Program-made: the position numbers and the translations under genes
The notes under the pieces: model-generated
The model's database searches: none
The model's input: the letters and a program-made list of their open reading frames with translations, nothing else
What the model was told of the DNA's origin: nothing
In this document: in pieces, positions 49,334 through 57,705 of the stretch
How positions within the stretch are numbered: position 1 is the first letter of the stretch
How the letters are laid out: every line of letters starts with the position of its first letter
NCBI GenBank assembly: GCA_963545565.1
Contig: CAUUJV010000009.1
Coordinates: forward strand, 1,593-65,592
Direction: 5' to 3'
DNA length: 64,000 nucleotides
From: an uncultured Alloscardovia sp.
GTDB lineage: Bacteria > Actinomycetota > Actinomycetes > Actinomycetales > Bifidobacteriaceae

Positions 49334-50653
49334 TTGTCAGAAATGGACATATTGTATGAGCATTACGTTGAGCAGCTAACAGCAGTTGGAGTAAGTGCAC
49401 TAGCAGTAGACGTTACTGAATCCTCAGCGTCAATACCACAAGTAATTATTGATGCCGCCAATGATTCAGGGCTTGTGGTGATTGCTCTTACAAAGCGTGT
49501 TCCGTTTGTTGAGCTATGTAAGAGTGTAGATACTGCCATAATTATGTCTTCTCAGCAGCATGCCAGTACATCTTCCATAGTTTCTGAGCTTCCATCTTTA
49601 TTACAGGGATTATCAACCATTCCCGAAATCTGCGACTGCACAGCGCATACTCTGAAGGTTAATGTTCTTCTTTTTTCCAGTAAAGGAGAACTACTATATA
49701 CTGCAAAGTCTCCTTCTAATATAGAAGACTCGTTACATCGAGACCTTATACATATTGAAAATAATGATGTCACAATTGGATCTGTTGAACTGATAGGGAA
49801 CCACACATGGGAAGAATCTTATCTAGAGATTATTTGTGAATGTCTAACAGAAGCTTTTGCACCAATTTTGCATCCTGATCCTCAGCAAACAATGCTTCAA
49901 CTTGCTATGAAAGGTCCACGCAATAACAGGCACGCCTCTTCTGTGGAGGGACAAGATGCGTCAGCATTTCTCTCAAGTTCAGGGTTTAGCGGATCATGCA
50001 TCTACTATCCATTTATGCTGACCATTTCATCTATTGCAGCTCAAAAAGATTATGTAGAGAATCAGCTTTCTCAAGCCTGCACAAAAAATAACTACTCCCA
50101 TGCGTTTGTTGTGGAGGGTAATCTCATCGTTGGCTTCATTGCTGCCAGTGACGCGAGTGGTAATCTCTCTGAATTTTGTGAAACGTGTGCCTCGATTATT
50201 CATACTATTGTCACAACCGTTGGATGTGGCGGACTTATAGATGGAGCAAAGTTAGACGTGATTCGCCTTATCGACGGTTTTGGAATGCTGCGGCTCACAC
50301 TTGCTTATGCGCAGCCGACTTCTGGAATAGTACTTTTTGCATCAGAGTATGCCATTGAAGTTTTTGCTGGACTGTCAAACATAGATGAAGGAGCACGATT
50401 ACTTGCTACATGGTTTCTTGGTTCTACTGTAATAGCAGACAGAAAACTAATTGAAACACTTAGCGTATTCTTTGACTGCTTGGGAAATAAGACTACTGCC
50501 TGTATGCGTCTATCTATTCAGCGGCAGACTCTGTACAGCCGACTCGACAAAATATCTCGCTTGAGTGGATACGACCAAAATGACAAAACGTCATGGGCGG
50601 TTCTCCTTCTCGCAGCGAAACTAGCGGAAGCCCGCTCAATTAAACGCTTATAA
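49334..50653 (+). CDS. PucR/CdaR-family transcriptional regulator (C-terminal PucR HTH); the N-terminal domain appears shortened
   Basis: The C-terminal sequence TLSVFFDCLGNKTTACMRLSIQRQTLYSRLDKISRLSGYD is a PucR_C HTH. The ORF opens with TTG at 49334, and the first ATG is at 49343. Only the distal part of the usual N-terminal PucR domain is recognisable. Confidence 0.75.
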   Translation: MSEMDILYEHYVEQLTAVGVSALAVDVTESSASIPQVIIDAANDSGLVVIALTKRVPFVELCKSVDTAIIMSSQQHASTSSIVSELPSLLQGLSTIPEICDCTAHTLKVNVLLFSSKGELLYTAKSPSNIEDSLHRDLIHIENNDVTIGSVELIGNHTWEESYLEIICECLTEAFAPILHPDPQQTMLQLAMKGPRNNRHASSVEGQDASAFLSSSGFSGSCIYYPFMLTISSIAAQKDYVENQLSQACTKNNYSHAFVVEGNLIVGFIAASDASGNLSEFCETCASIIHTIVTTVGCGGLIDGAKLDVIRLIDGFGMLRLTLAYAQPTSGIVLFASEYAIEVFAGLSNIDEGARLLATWFLGSTVIADRKLIETLSVFFDCLGNKTTACMRLSIQRQTLYSRLDKISRLSGYDQNDKTSWAVLLLAAKLAEARSIKRL

Positions 50654-50858
50654 CACTTATCAGGCCACAGCAGCAAAATCTACACTGCCATAATTTTTTG
50701 ATCCAATTGTTTTGAATGCACCATAGTTCTTCATACAAAATGTCTATCTCTGCCACTTCTGCGTTTACTTTCGAGTCATAGGAACGCAAACGCTGAAACA
50801 TATCGTGTCAATTGTTCACTACGGAACACTACAAGAATTGATACGAAAGGAAGACATC

Positions 50859-52182
50859 ATGGAGGTTTCAACCACACTTCCAATAGTAGCCAGTCAAGAA
50901 CAAGAAGAACAACAATCCATGGTGCGTAAGGTCGCACTAGCATCTTTCCTAGGAAACTTCATTGAATGGTTTGATTATGCGTCGTACTCTTATCTCGCAA
51001 CGATTATTGCAGCAGTATTCTTCCCTGCATCTAATGCAACAGTCGCTCTTATTCAAACTTTCGCAATCTTCGCACTCTCGTTTCTTCTGCGCCCTATTGG
51101 TGCACTCTTTTGGGGTAATTTTGGAGACAAGCATGGTCGCAAACGCACACTGTCAATTTCTATTATTCTGATGAGTGGCGCAACTTTCCTCATTGGATGT
51201 TTGCCTTCATACAGCATAGTTGGACTTGCCGCGCCTCTATTACTACTCTTCCTGCGCATGGTTCAAAGCTTCTCAGCATCCGGAGAATATGCTGGTGCAG
51301 CAACTTTCTTAGGGGAGTATGCTCCAACTAGTAAACGTGGGCTCTATTGCTCTCTTATCCCCGCTTCTACAGCAATTGGGCTCCTAGCAGGCTCCAGCGC
51401 AATTAAGCACTTCAAGTCTGCAAGGCTGGGGCTGGAGATTACCATTCCTTCTCGCTGGGCCTCTCGGCGCTATTGTCTACTACATCCGTACTCAGCTTGC
51501 AGATTCTCCTGTTTACGAATCTATGACCGCCGAACTGGCAGCCAAAAATTCTAACGGGGAAGAAAACTCTTTCCCACTGCGCACTCTTCTTCACGATCAC
51601 TTGCGTGAGGTTATCATCAGTTTTGGTGCAGCAACTTTGAATGCCGTTGGCTTCTATATTGTTTTGACTTATCTGCCAACTTATTTAACCGACACTGTGC
51701 ATATGAGCTCTTCATCTGCTTCGATTGCAACCACTACCGCATTGATTGCTTACGTTGCCATGGTATTTGCAATGGGACATTTAAGCGACACCATTGGTCG
51801 TAAGAAAATTCTCATTACTGCATGCGTTGCCTTCATAATCTTGACAGTCCCAGCCTTTATGATTCTCAGATCTGGTGCTCTTATTCCAGTTATTCTCGTT
51901 GAGCTCGTTATGTGTGCTGCACTTGCTGCAAACGATGGAAGCTTATCCAGCTACTTGACTGAGACCTTCCCAACTTCCGTGCGATTCACTGGCTTTGCTT
52001 TCAGCTTCAACATGGCTAATGCAATTTTCGGTGGGACTGCATCTCTTATCGCAACGAGTCTGATTTATGTAACAGGATCTGTCATCAGCCCGGCAATTTA
52101 TATGGTTGTTATCTCACTGATTGCGCTTGCTGCCATGATTCTTTCCCATGAGAACACTAACAAGAATCTCACTGAAATTTAA
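50859..52182 (+). pseudogene. MFS transporter of the metabolite:H+ symporter (MHS, ProP/KgtP-like) family, split by a frameshift near 51395-51405
   Basis: The N-terminal ORF carries FLGNFIEWFDYASY and GDKHGRKRTL motifs. The continuation WGWRLPFLLAGPLGAIVYYIRTQL... lies in another frame and joins the tracked ORF at 51523-52182. Confidence 0.65.
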
Positions 52183-52277
52183 ATCTGCTTAATTATTCCA
52201 GTAATTATTCTAGGTATTTTAGATTTCTTTCAAAGCTCCAAATTCTAAATCACAAAAAATTGAAAGAGGGAGTAAAC

Positions 52278-53024
52278 ATGACGTATCGTATGGATGAAAT
52301 GACATGGCCACAGTTCCAACAGCGCGCAAGTAAGCCAGTCATCGTTCCTGTAGGATCAACAGAACAGCACGGTCAGCATCTTCCTATCGGAACTGATGCT
52401 CGTATCGCTGAAAGCATAGCAACTGATCTTGCCGCTGCAGTAGACGGCACAGTAATGCCAACCGTTAGCTATGGGTATAAGTCGAAGCCTCTCTCCGGCG
52501 GTGGGCCTTTGTTCCCTGGAACTATTGATATGAGCGGAACAACTGTTATTTCTCAGATACACGATATTCTGCGCGAACTTATTGATGATGGCTTCACCAA
52601 GATAGTTGTACTCAATGCTCATTTTGAAAATGAGGCCTTCATTATTGAAGCTATCGATATGGTTAACCATGAGACTAATGGTGCAGCAACTATTGTGGAA
52701 ACGAACTGGTGGGATCCACTTGATCAAGAGACTATTGATGCGCTTTTCAGTGATGTACCTTTCCCAGGATGGGCTCTTGAACACGCAGCTTTGACTGAAA
52801 CCTCGCTGCTGTTGCATTACACTCCTGAACTCGTGCATATGGATCGCATGGTTGCTAACACAGATGGAGCTGCTCGCCCCTATGTTCGTTACCCTATCAA
52901 GCCAACTGATGTTCCTGCACACGGTGCTTTAGCTGACGCCACAGGATCAACTGCTGAAAAGGGCGAACTGATAGCACGGCGATGCATAGAAATAATCAGT
53001 GCCATATGCTCTGAAGAATCCTAG
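52278..53024 (+). CDS. Creatininase-family amidohydrolase (creatinine amidohydrolase / related formamide hydrolase family)
   Basis: The family signature VPVGSTEQHGQHLPIGTD is present; ~248 aa. SD AAAGAGGGAG precedes the ATG at 52278. Confidence 0.8.
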   Translation: MTYRMDEMTWPQFQQRASKPVIVPVGSTEQHGQHLPIGTDARIAESIATDLAAAVDGTVMPTVSYGYKSKPLSGGGPLFPGTIDMSGTTVISQIHDILRELIDDGFTKIVVLNAHFENEAFIIEAIDMVNHETNGAATIVETNWWDPLDQETIDALFSDVPFPGWALEHAALTETSLLLHYTPELVHMDRMVANTDGAARPYVRYPIKPTDVPAHGALADATGSTAEKGELIARRCIEIISAICSEES

Positions 53025-53065
53025 ATTCCTCTTACCTTTTTATACTTATCTTTCGAATCAATTCC

Positions 53066-53103
53066 AGCGCTTTGCCTTATTCCTCCCGGCAAAGCGCTTT
53101 TTC
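53066..53103 (+). terminator. Intrinsic terminator after the creatininase-family gene
   Basis: AGCGCTTTGCC-11 nt-GGCAAAGCGCT followed by TTTTT. Confidence 0.8.
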
Positions 53104-53277
53104 ATTGTGTTGATGCGCAAATGTACTAGCGTGCTCGATAAATCATTCTTCAATATTCTTCTCAGGATTGCCTCAATTCGTGTATATTGATTTCCTAAGA
53201 CCCTGCCTAGATATCCCCAGTAAGACTATGAGTACAAGGTCTTAGATTTCAACGCAGAGGTCATAGAAGGAGAGAAA

Positions 53278-54183
53278 ATGCCACTCGTTATCGTGCTACT
53301 TGTTCTTTTTGTTCTTATAATTCTGAGTGGAATTTATATTGTTCCTCAGCAGCAGGCCTTTATTATTGAGCGGTTGGGCAAGTTCAAGTCTGTTGAATTT
53401 GCTGGCTTGCATTTGAAAATTCCTTTTATTGATCGAGTTGCTCACAAGACCAGCTTGCGTGTAAATCAGCTGATGGTTCAGGTAGAAACGAAGACTCTTG
53501 ATAACGTTTTCGTAAACGTGGTGGTTTCTACTCAGTTCCGCGTGGATCAGTCAAATGTTGCAACTGCCTACTATGAGCTGAGTGATCCTGCCGGCCAGCT
53601 GCGCTCTTATATTGAAGATGCTTTGCGTTCCGCTATTCCTATGCTGACCTTGGACGATGCTTTTGCCCGTAAAGATGATGTGGCTTCCGACGTTCAGGCA
53701 ACCGTGGGCAAGGAAATGTCTCGTTTTGGCTTCACCGTCATCAAGTCTTTGATCACCTCGATTGACCCTTCTAATCAAGTGAAAGCCGCGATGGACTCCA
53801 TTAACGCAGCCCAGCGCGAGAAGGAAGCAACTCGCGAACGCGCTGAAGCAAATCGCATCGAGATTGAAACTCAAGCAGCTGCAGAGGCTGAGAAAACTCG
53901 CTTGCAGGGTGAAGGCCAAGCTAACTATCGTCGCGAGATTGCAAACGGTATTGTGGATCAGATTAAGAGTCTGCAGGCCGTGGGTATGAACATCAACGAC
54001 GTAAACAATGTAGTGCTATTCAATCAATACCTTGATGTGATGCGCACTCTGGCAGAATCTCGCAACGCTAAGACGGTTGTACTACCATCCTCTACTCCTG
54101 GCGGATTCACTGACATGTATGATCAAATCACGAAGGCAATGCTCACTTCTAACGAAGTTCAGGAAGATGGAACAGTTGCTTAA
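53278..54183 (+). CDS. SPFH / band-7 (stomatin-prohibitin-like) domain membrane protein
   Basis: An N-terminal TM segment is followed by an SPFH-domain-like sequence and a coiled-coil A/E-rich region. Confidence 0.85.
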   Translation: MPLVIVLLVLFVLIILSGIYIVPQQQAFIIERLGKFKSVEFAGLHLKIPFIDRVAHKTSLRVNQLMVQVETKTLDNVFVNVVVSTQFRVDQSNVATAYYELSDPAGQLRSYIEDALRSAIPMLTLDDAFARKDDVASDVQATVGKEMSRFGFTVIKSLITSIDPSNQVKAAMDSINAAQREKEATRERAEANRIEIETQAAAEAEKTRLQGEGQANYRREIANGIVDQIKSLQAVGMNINDVNNVVLFNQYLDVMRTLAESRNAKTVVLPSSTPGGFTDMYDQITKAMLTSNEVQEDGTVA

Positions 54184-54201
54184 GGCAAATTAAGCAATTA
54201 T

Positions 54202-54253
54202 TTGATTACTCGATTGCTTGATTATCTGATTATTTGATTATTTGATTATTTGA
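54202..54253. repeat. 8-bp microsatellite, about 6.5 units (TTGATTAC TCGATTGC TTGATTAT CTGATTAT TTGATTAT TTGATTAT TTGA)
   Basis: Read directly from the sequence, in the 77-bp spacer between convergent genes. Confidence 0.85.
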
Positions 54254-54260
54254 CGGGCGC

Positions 54261-54926
54261 TTAAATCCAATATGAATTGAGTGCCCGTCTTCTTTGCTTC
54301 CAGTCAGGTAAATATACGCTCATTCGTCGCTTGAAACCTTCGCCATGACCTCTCTCATACAGATGCGTTAATTCATGCACATACACGTATTCCAAAAGTT
54401 CCTCAGGCATGAAGGCCAAGGCCAGATTGAGGCGAATCCTACCCGTTACGGGGGTGCACGACCCCCAGCGGCTTGTCATTATGCGCAAAGTGATATGCGT
54501 TGGCTGTTTCTCAATGCGCATGCTCCACTTCTCTTGCAAGCGTGGTAAACACTCTTCAAGAATCTTCTTCGCTTCTTGCACGCGCTCATCTGTCCAATTT
54601 CGTAGAATGCCCTCTTGATTATTAGACGAATATGTAGAGTTCTGCTTCGCTTGTGCCTTGATAATCCATTCTGAATGCGAGTGAATAAACTCTTGGATTG
54701 TTCTTACTGGGACTCTTCGTGGAGCGCTTATTTCAATATGAGAGCCAGAATGAACGCCCGACGGCTTAACTCGCATGTACATATTCTTGATATTTTTGCG
54801 AGTTACAACCACTTTGGCTCTGTGCTCAGTATCAAGCCGCATTTCCCAAACACCAGCATTACCTTTATTTTCAACAGGTTCACACTCTACACGCGCAATG
54901 GTTGAATGATGAGTTTGAGTAGGCAT
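54261..54926 (-). CDS. YgjP-like M48-family metal-dependent hydrolase (DUF45)
   Basis: HELTHL zinc motif near the C-terminus, with size and layout typical of DUF45. Confidence 0.8.
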   Translation of the reverse strand: MPTQTHHSTIARVECEPVENKGNAGVWEMRLDTEHRAKVVVTRKNIKNMYMRVKPSGVHSGSHIEISAPRRVPVRTIQEFIHSHSEWIIKAQAKQNSTYSSNNQEGILRNWTDERVQEAKKILEECLPRLQEKWSMRIEKQPTHITLRIMTSRWGSCTPVTGRIRLNLALAFMPEELLEYVYVHELTHLYERGHGEGFKRRMSVYLPDWKQRRRALNSYWI

Positions 54927-55082
54927 CCCTCTATTGTGCCACTCACTCCCGCATTTTCGCGATTACTGAGTTCCAGTTTGCTATCTCTTCCAAAGACAAG
55001 ACACACCGAAGGAGCAAAGTTGACGAAATCTAATTTAAGTCATAAGATAATCACTTGTGTGATTCAAGAGGATCGCAACGTC

Positions 55083-55156
55083 GGGCCCATAGCTCAGTTG
55101 GTTAGAGCGCATCCCTGATAAGGATGAGGTCGGAGGTTCAAATCCTCCTGGGCCCA
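55083..55156 (+). tRNA. tRNA-Ile (anticodon GAT)
   Basis: GGGCCCATAGCTCAGTTGGTTAGAGCGCATCCCTGATAAGGATGAGGTCGGAGGTTCAAATCCTCCTGGGCCCA forms a cloverleaf with anticodon loop CTGATAA. Confidence 0.93.
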
Positions 55157-55174
55157 CGGCCGCAAGGTCAGCTT

Positions 55175-55247
55175 GGGGGTATGGCGCAGCTGGTAGCGCA
55201 TCTGCTTTGCAAGCAGAGGGTCAGGGGTTCGAGTCCCCTTACCTCCA
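55175..55247 (+). tRNA. tRNA-Ala (anticodon TGC)
   Basis: GGGGGTATGGCGCAGCTGGTAGCGCATCTGCTTTGCAAGCAGAGGGTCAGGGGTTCGAGTCCCCTTACCTCCA, with the G3:U70 identity pair present. Confidence 0.93.
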
Positions 55248-55252
55248 CAACT

Positions 55253-55286
55253 AAGGCTTTCAGAGAAAATCTGAAAGCCTTTTTTC
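55253..55286 (+). terminator. Intrinsic terminator of the tRNA-Ile/tRNA-Ala pair
   Basis: AAGGCTTTCAG-agaaaat-CTGAAAGCCTT followed by TTTTT. Confidence 0.8.
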
Positions 55287-55642
55287 ATGCCAAAAGCCTT
55301 GAAAATACTGGGCTAGCGGGCGTTCTCCTGTTCTTCTGGTTTTCCCGTATAAGACCGAATTTAGATGCTTATAACCTCAAGTTAGGTAACAATTTAGGTA
55401 ACACTTTTTCTCTCTTAATGCGCCACACAGTCTTATTGATTTCGACGCCAGAATTGCATACAGTGTAAGAACGATTGCACATGACTGCATACCTAAAGGT
55501 TTAGTCTGCGCTGGTTCTACTCGACCGAGAGCATTGCTCTCGGTCTTGTTCTATATCTGATACGTATTATCAGAGCTGTCTCATCTTCCTAAACTTCATC
55601 GAGTTTAGGAAAAACACCCTTTTCGTCTTTCTGAGAGCTGAT

Positions 55643-55672
55643 TTGACATTTATCGGCATCTGCGGGTATTGT
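55643..55672 (+). promoter_or_regulatory. Candidate sigma-70-type promoter of the cys leader (TTGACA - 18 nt - TATTGT)
   Basis: A perfect -35 hexamer lies at 55643-55648 and a -10-like TATTGT at 55667-55672. The position is appropriate, ~35 nt upstream of the leader ATG. Confidence 0.45.
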
Positions 55673-55707
55673 CACAACTGTTGCAAGCCAAGTTGAAAGG
55701 AGCCATC

Positions 55708-55779
55708 ATGACAAATCGTACATGTGCATGTTGTCTGGCTTCATTCCTTTCGGCTTGTCTGAAAAGTGACTGTTGTTAA
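55708..55779 (+). CDS. Candidate cysteine-rich leader peptide (23 aa, MTNRTCACCLASFLSACLKSDCC)
   Basis: My own translation. SD GAAAGGAG lies 5-6 nt upstream. Six of 23 codons are TGT. The ORF is too short to appear in the supplied track. Confidence 0.55.
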   Translation: MTNRTCACCLASFLSACLKSDCC

Positions 55780-55836
55780 GACAACGTATAACGCATAAGC
55801 GTAGCGTGTAAAACGACGCACATATCGAAGCTGAGG

Positions 55837-55859
55837 GGACGCAGACGGCGTCCTTTTTT
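55837..55859 (+). terminator. Intrinsic terminator (candidate attenuator) between the Cys leader ORF and cysK
   Basis: GGACGC-agacg-GCGTCC followed by TTTTTT. Confidence 0.7.
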
Positions 55860-56078
55860 ATGGATTCTGCATGTAAAGCGTCATTTCACACGAAGATATC
55901 GATAAAAATTGCTCACCAAAAGTCCACAGGCTTTCTGCACTTACCACACACAATAATCAATAAAAAATCAATCAAAATGAGAATCATTGGCCAAAAATGG
56001 GCTGACACTCAAAACAGCCAATTTTCTTACCAACTCTCACCAACCAAATATTCAGTTGGACATTCCTAAGGAAAAATT

Positions 56079-56990
56079 ATGAAGTACAGCCAGCATATCG
56101 AATCATTAATCGGCACCACACCTCTTGTAGACCTCTCCTCACTCGTTGATGGTAAGGCCACAATTCTCGGCAAATATGAAGCTACGAATCCTGGTGGATC
56201 TGTTAAAGACCGTATTGCACGAGCAATAGTCGACGCCGCTGAAAAAGATGGAAGCCTTAAAGCCGGCGGCACTATTATTGAGCCAACATCAGGCAATACT
56301 GGCGTAGGTCTCGCCATGATTGCTGCCGCACGTGGTTATTCCATGATTCTCGTTATGCCTGAAACCATGTCTGTTGAACGCCGAAAACTTGCCGTAAGTT
56401 ACGGTGCACGCATTGTGCTCACTCCTGGTAAAGATGGCATGAAGGGTGCGATTGCAAAGGCTGATGAGTTGCATGAGCAAACACCAGATTCAATCGTTGC
56501 CGGGCAGTTTGTTAATCCAGCTAACCCTCGTGCTCACTATGAGACGACCGGCCCTGAAATTTGGAAAGACACAGAAGGCCATGTTGATGTGCTCGTTGCA
56601 GGCGTAGGCACCGGTGGCACAGTATCTGGCACGGGTAAGTATCTTAAGGGGAAGAAGTCCAGCACATATGTGGTTGCAGTAGAGCCGGAAGAAAGCCAGG
56701 TTCTTGCAGGTAAGCCGTCGGGCGCACACAGTATTCAGGGAATTGGTGCAGGCTTTGTTCCTAAAACCTATGACGCTAGCGTGGTTGACGAAGTTGTGCC
56801 AGTCACCTCACAAGATGCAATTGATACTAAGAAAACACTTTCAAGTAGTAACGGTCTGCTTGTTGGGATTAGCTCTGGGGCAGCTGTTGCAGCAGCTGTA
56901 AATTTGGGGAATCGTTCTGAATTTGCAGGAAAAACTATCGTAGCAATCTTGCCAGATACAGGCGAGCGCTACCTGTCTATGGATTTGTAA
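56079..56990 (+). CDS. cysK: Cysteine synthase A (O-acetylserine sulfhydrylase)
   Basis: PLP-lysine region NPGGSVKDR, TSGNTG and GTGGT motifs; 303 aa. Confidence 0.95.
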   Translation: MKYSQHIESLIGTTPLVDLSSLVDGKATILGKYEATNPGGSVKDRIARAIVDAAEKDGSLKAGGTIIEPTSGNTGVGLAMIAAARGYSMILVMPETMSVERRKLAVSYGARIVLTPGKDGMKGAIAKADELHEQTPDSIVAGQFVNPANPRAHYETTGPEIWKDTEGHVDVLVAGVGTGGTVSGTGKYLKGKKSSTYVVAVEPEESQVLAGKPSGAHSIQGIGAGFVPKTYDASVVDEVVPVTSQDAIDTKKTLSSSNGLLVGISSGAAVAAAVNLGNRSEFAGKTIVAILPDTGERYLSMDL

Positions 56991-56998
56991 AGAAGACT

Positions 56999-57637
56999 AT
57001 GAACCGTAAAAAAACACGCCAATCAGTCTGGAGAGCACTGGCGCAGCGATATCGCGAAGATGTGACCGTGGCTCTCCAGCGCGACCCAAGTTTGACGAAT
57101 GCCCGTGAAGCTGTGCTTTTTTCCACAGGGCTGCACGCTATCTGGGCATTTCGCCGTCAACATTGGCTGTGGGAGCGCGGTTTCCATACCGTGGCATTGT
57201 TTTTATCACACCGGTCTCGCCGCCGTTGGGGAATAGATATTCACCCAGCGGCTACTATCGGGCGCCGCTTCTTTATCGATCATGGTGAGGGAATTGTTAT
57301 AGGCGAAACAGCCGTTATTGGCGATGATTGCCTTCTGTATCAAGGAGTAACTCTGGGTATGACGGGTCACCACGGCGGTAAGCGCCACCCCACGCTAGGC
57401 AATAACGTTTTTGTGGGAGCCGGAGCCATTATCTTAGGCGATATTCATCTTGGAGATGACTCTAAAGTAGGTGCTGGAGCGGTTTTGCTGCACGATGTGC
57501 CTAATGGAGCAACAGTCACTGGAATTCCTGCACACGTAGTGAAAATCGACTCTCGCTCTTTGAGTGATTTCCTTGTGTTGCCGCACGATCATTCCACAAT
57601 AGACGATGAAAATATTCGCTGGTCATGCGCATTGTAA
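56999..57637 (+). CDS. cysE: Serine O-acetyltransferase
   Basis: The SATase N-terminal helical region is followed by hexapeptide repeats IDHGEGIVIGETAVIGDDCLLYQGVTLG. Confidence 0.92.
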   Translation: MNRKKTRQSVWRALAQRYREDVTVALQRDPSLTNAREAVLFSTGLHAIWAFRRQHWLWERGFHTVALFLSHRSRRRWGIDIHPAATIGRRFFIDHGEGIVIGETAVIGDDCLLYQGVTLGMTGHHGGKRHPTLGNNVFVGAGAIILGDIHLGDDSKVGAGAVLLHDVPNGATVTGIPAHVVKIDSRSLSDFLVLPHDHSTIDDENIRWSCAL

Positions 57638-57705
57638 TGTTGTATCACTGTAATACGTACAGTAATACGGTAACGCGCAGTGGAATTCTACTGTGAGGTT
57701 TGTGA

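Noticed and set aside
55124-55468. 114-aa ORF on the plus strand, and the 64-aa minus-strand ORF at 55094-55288.
   Set aside because: Both run straight through the tRNA-Ile and tRNA-Ala genes and their terminator, so they are not coding.
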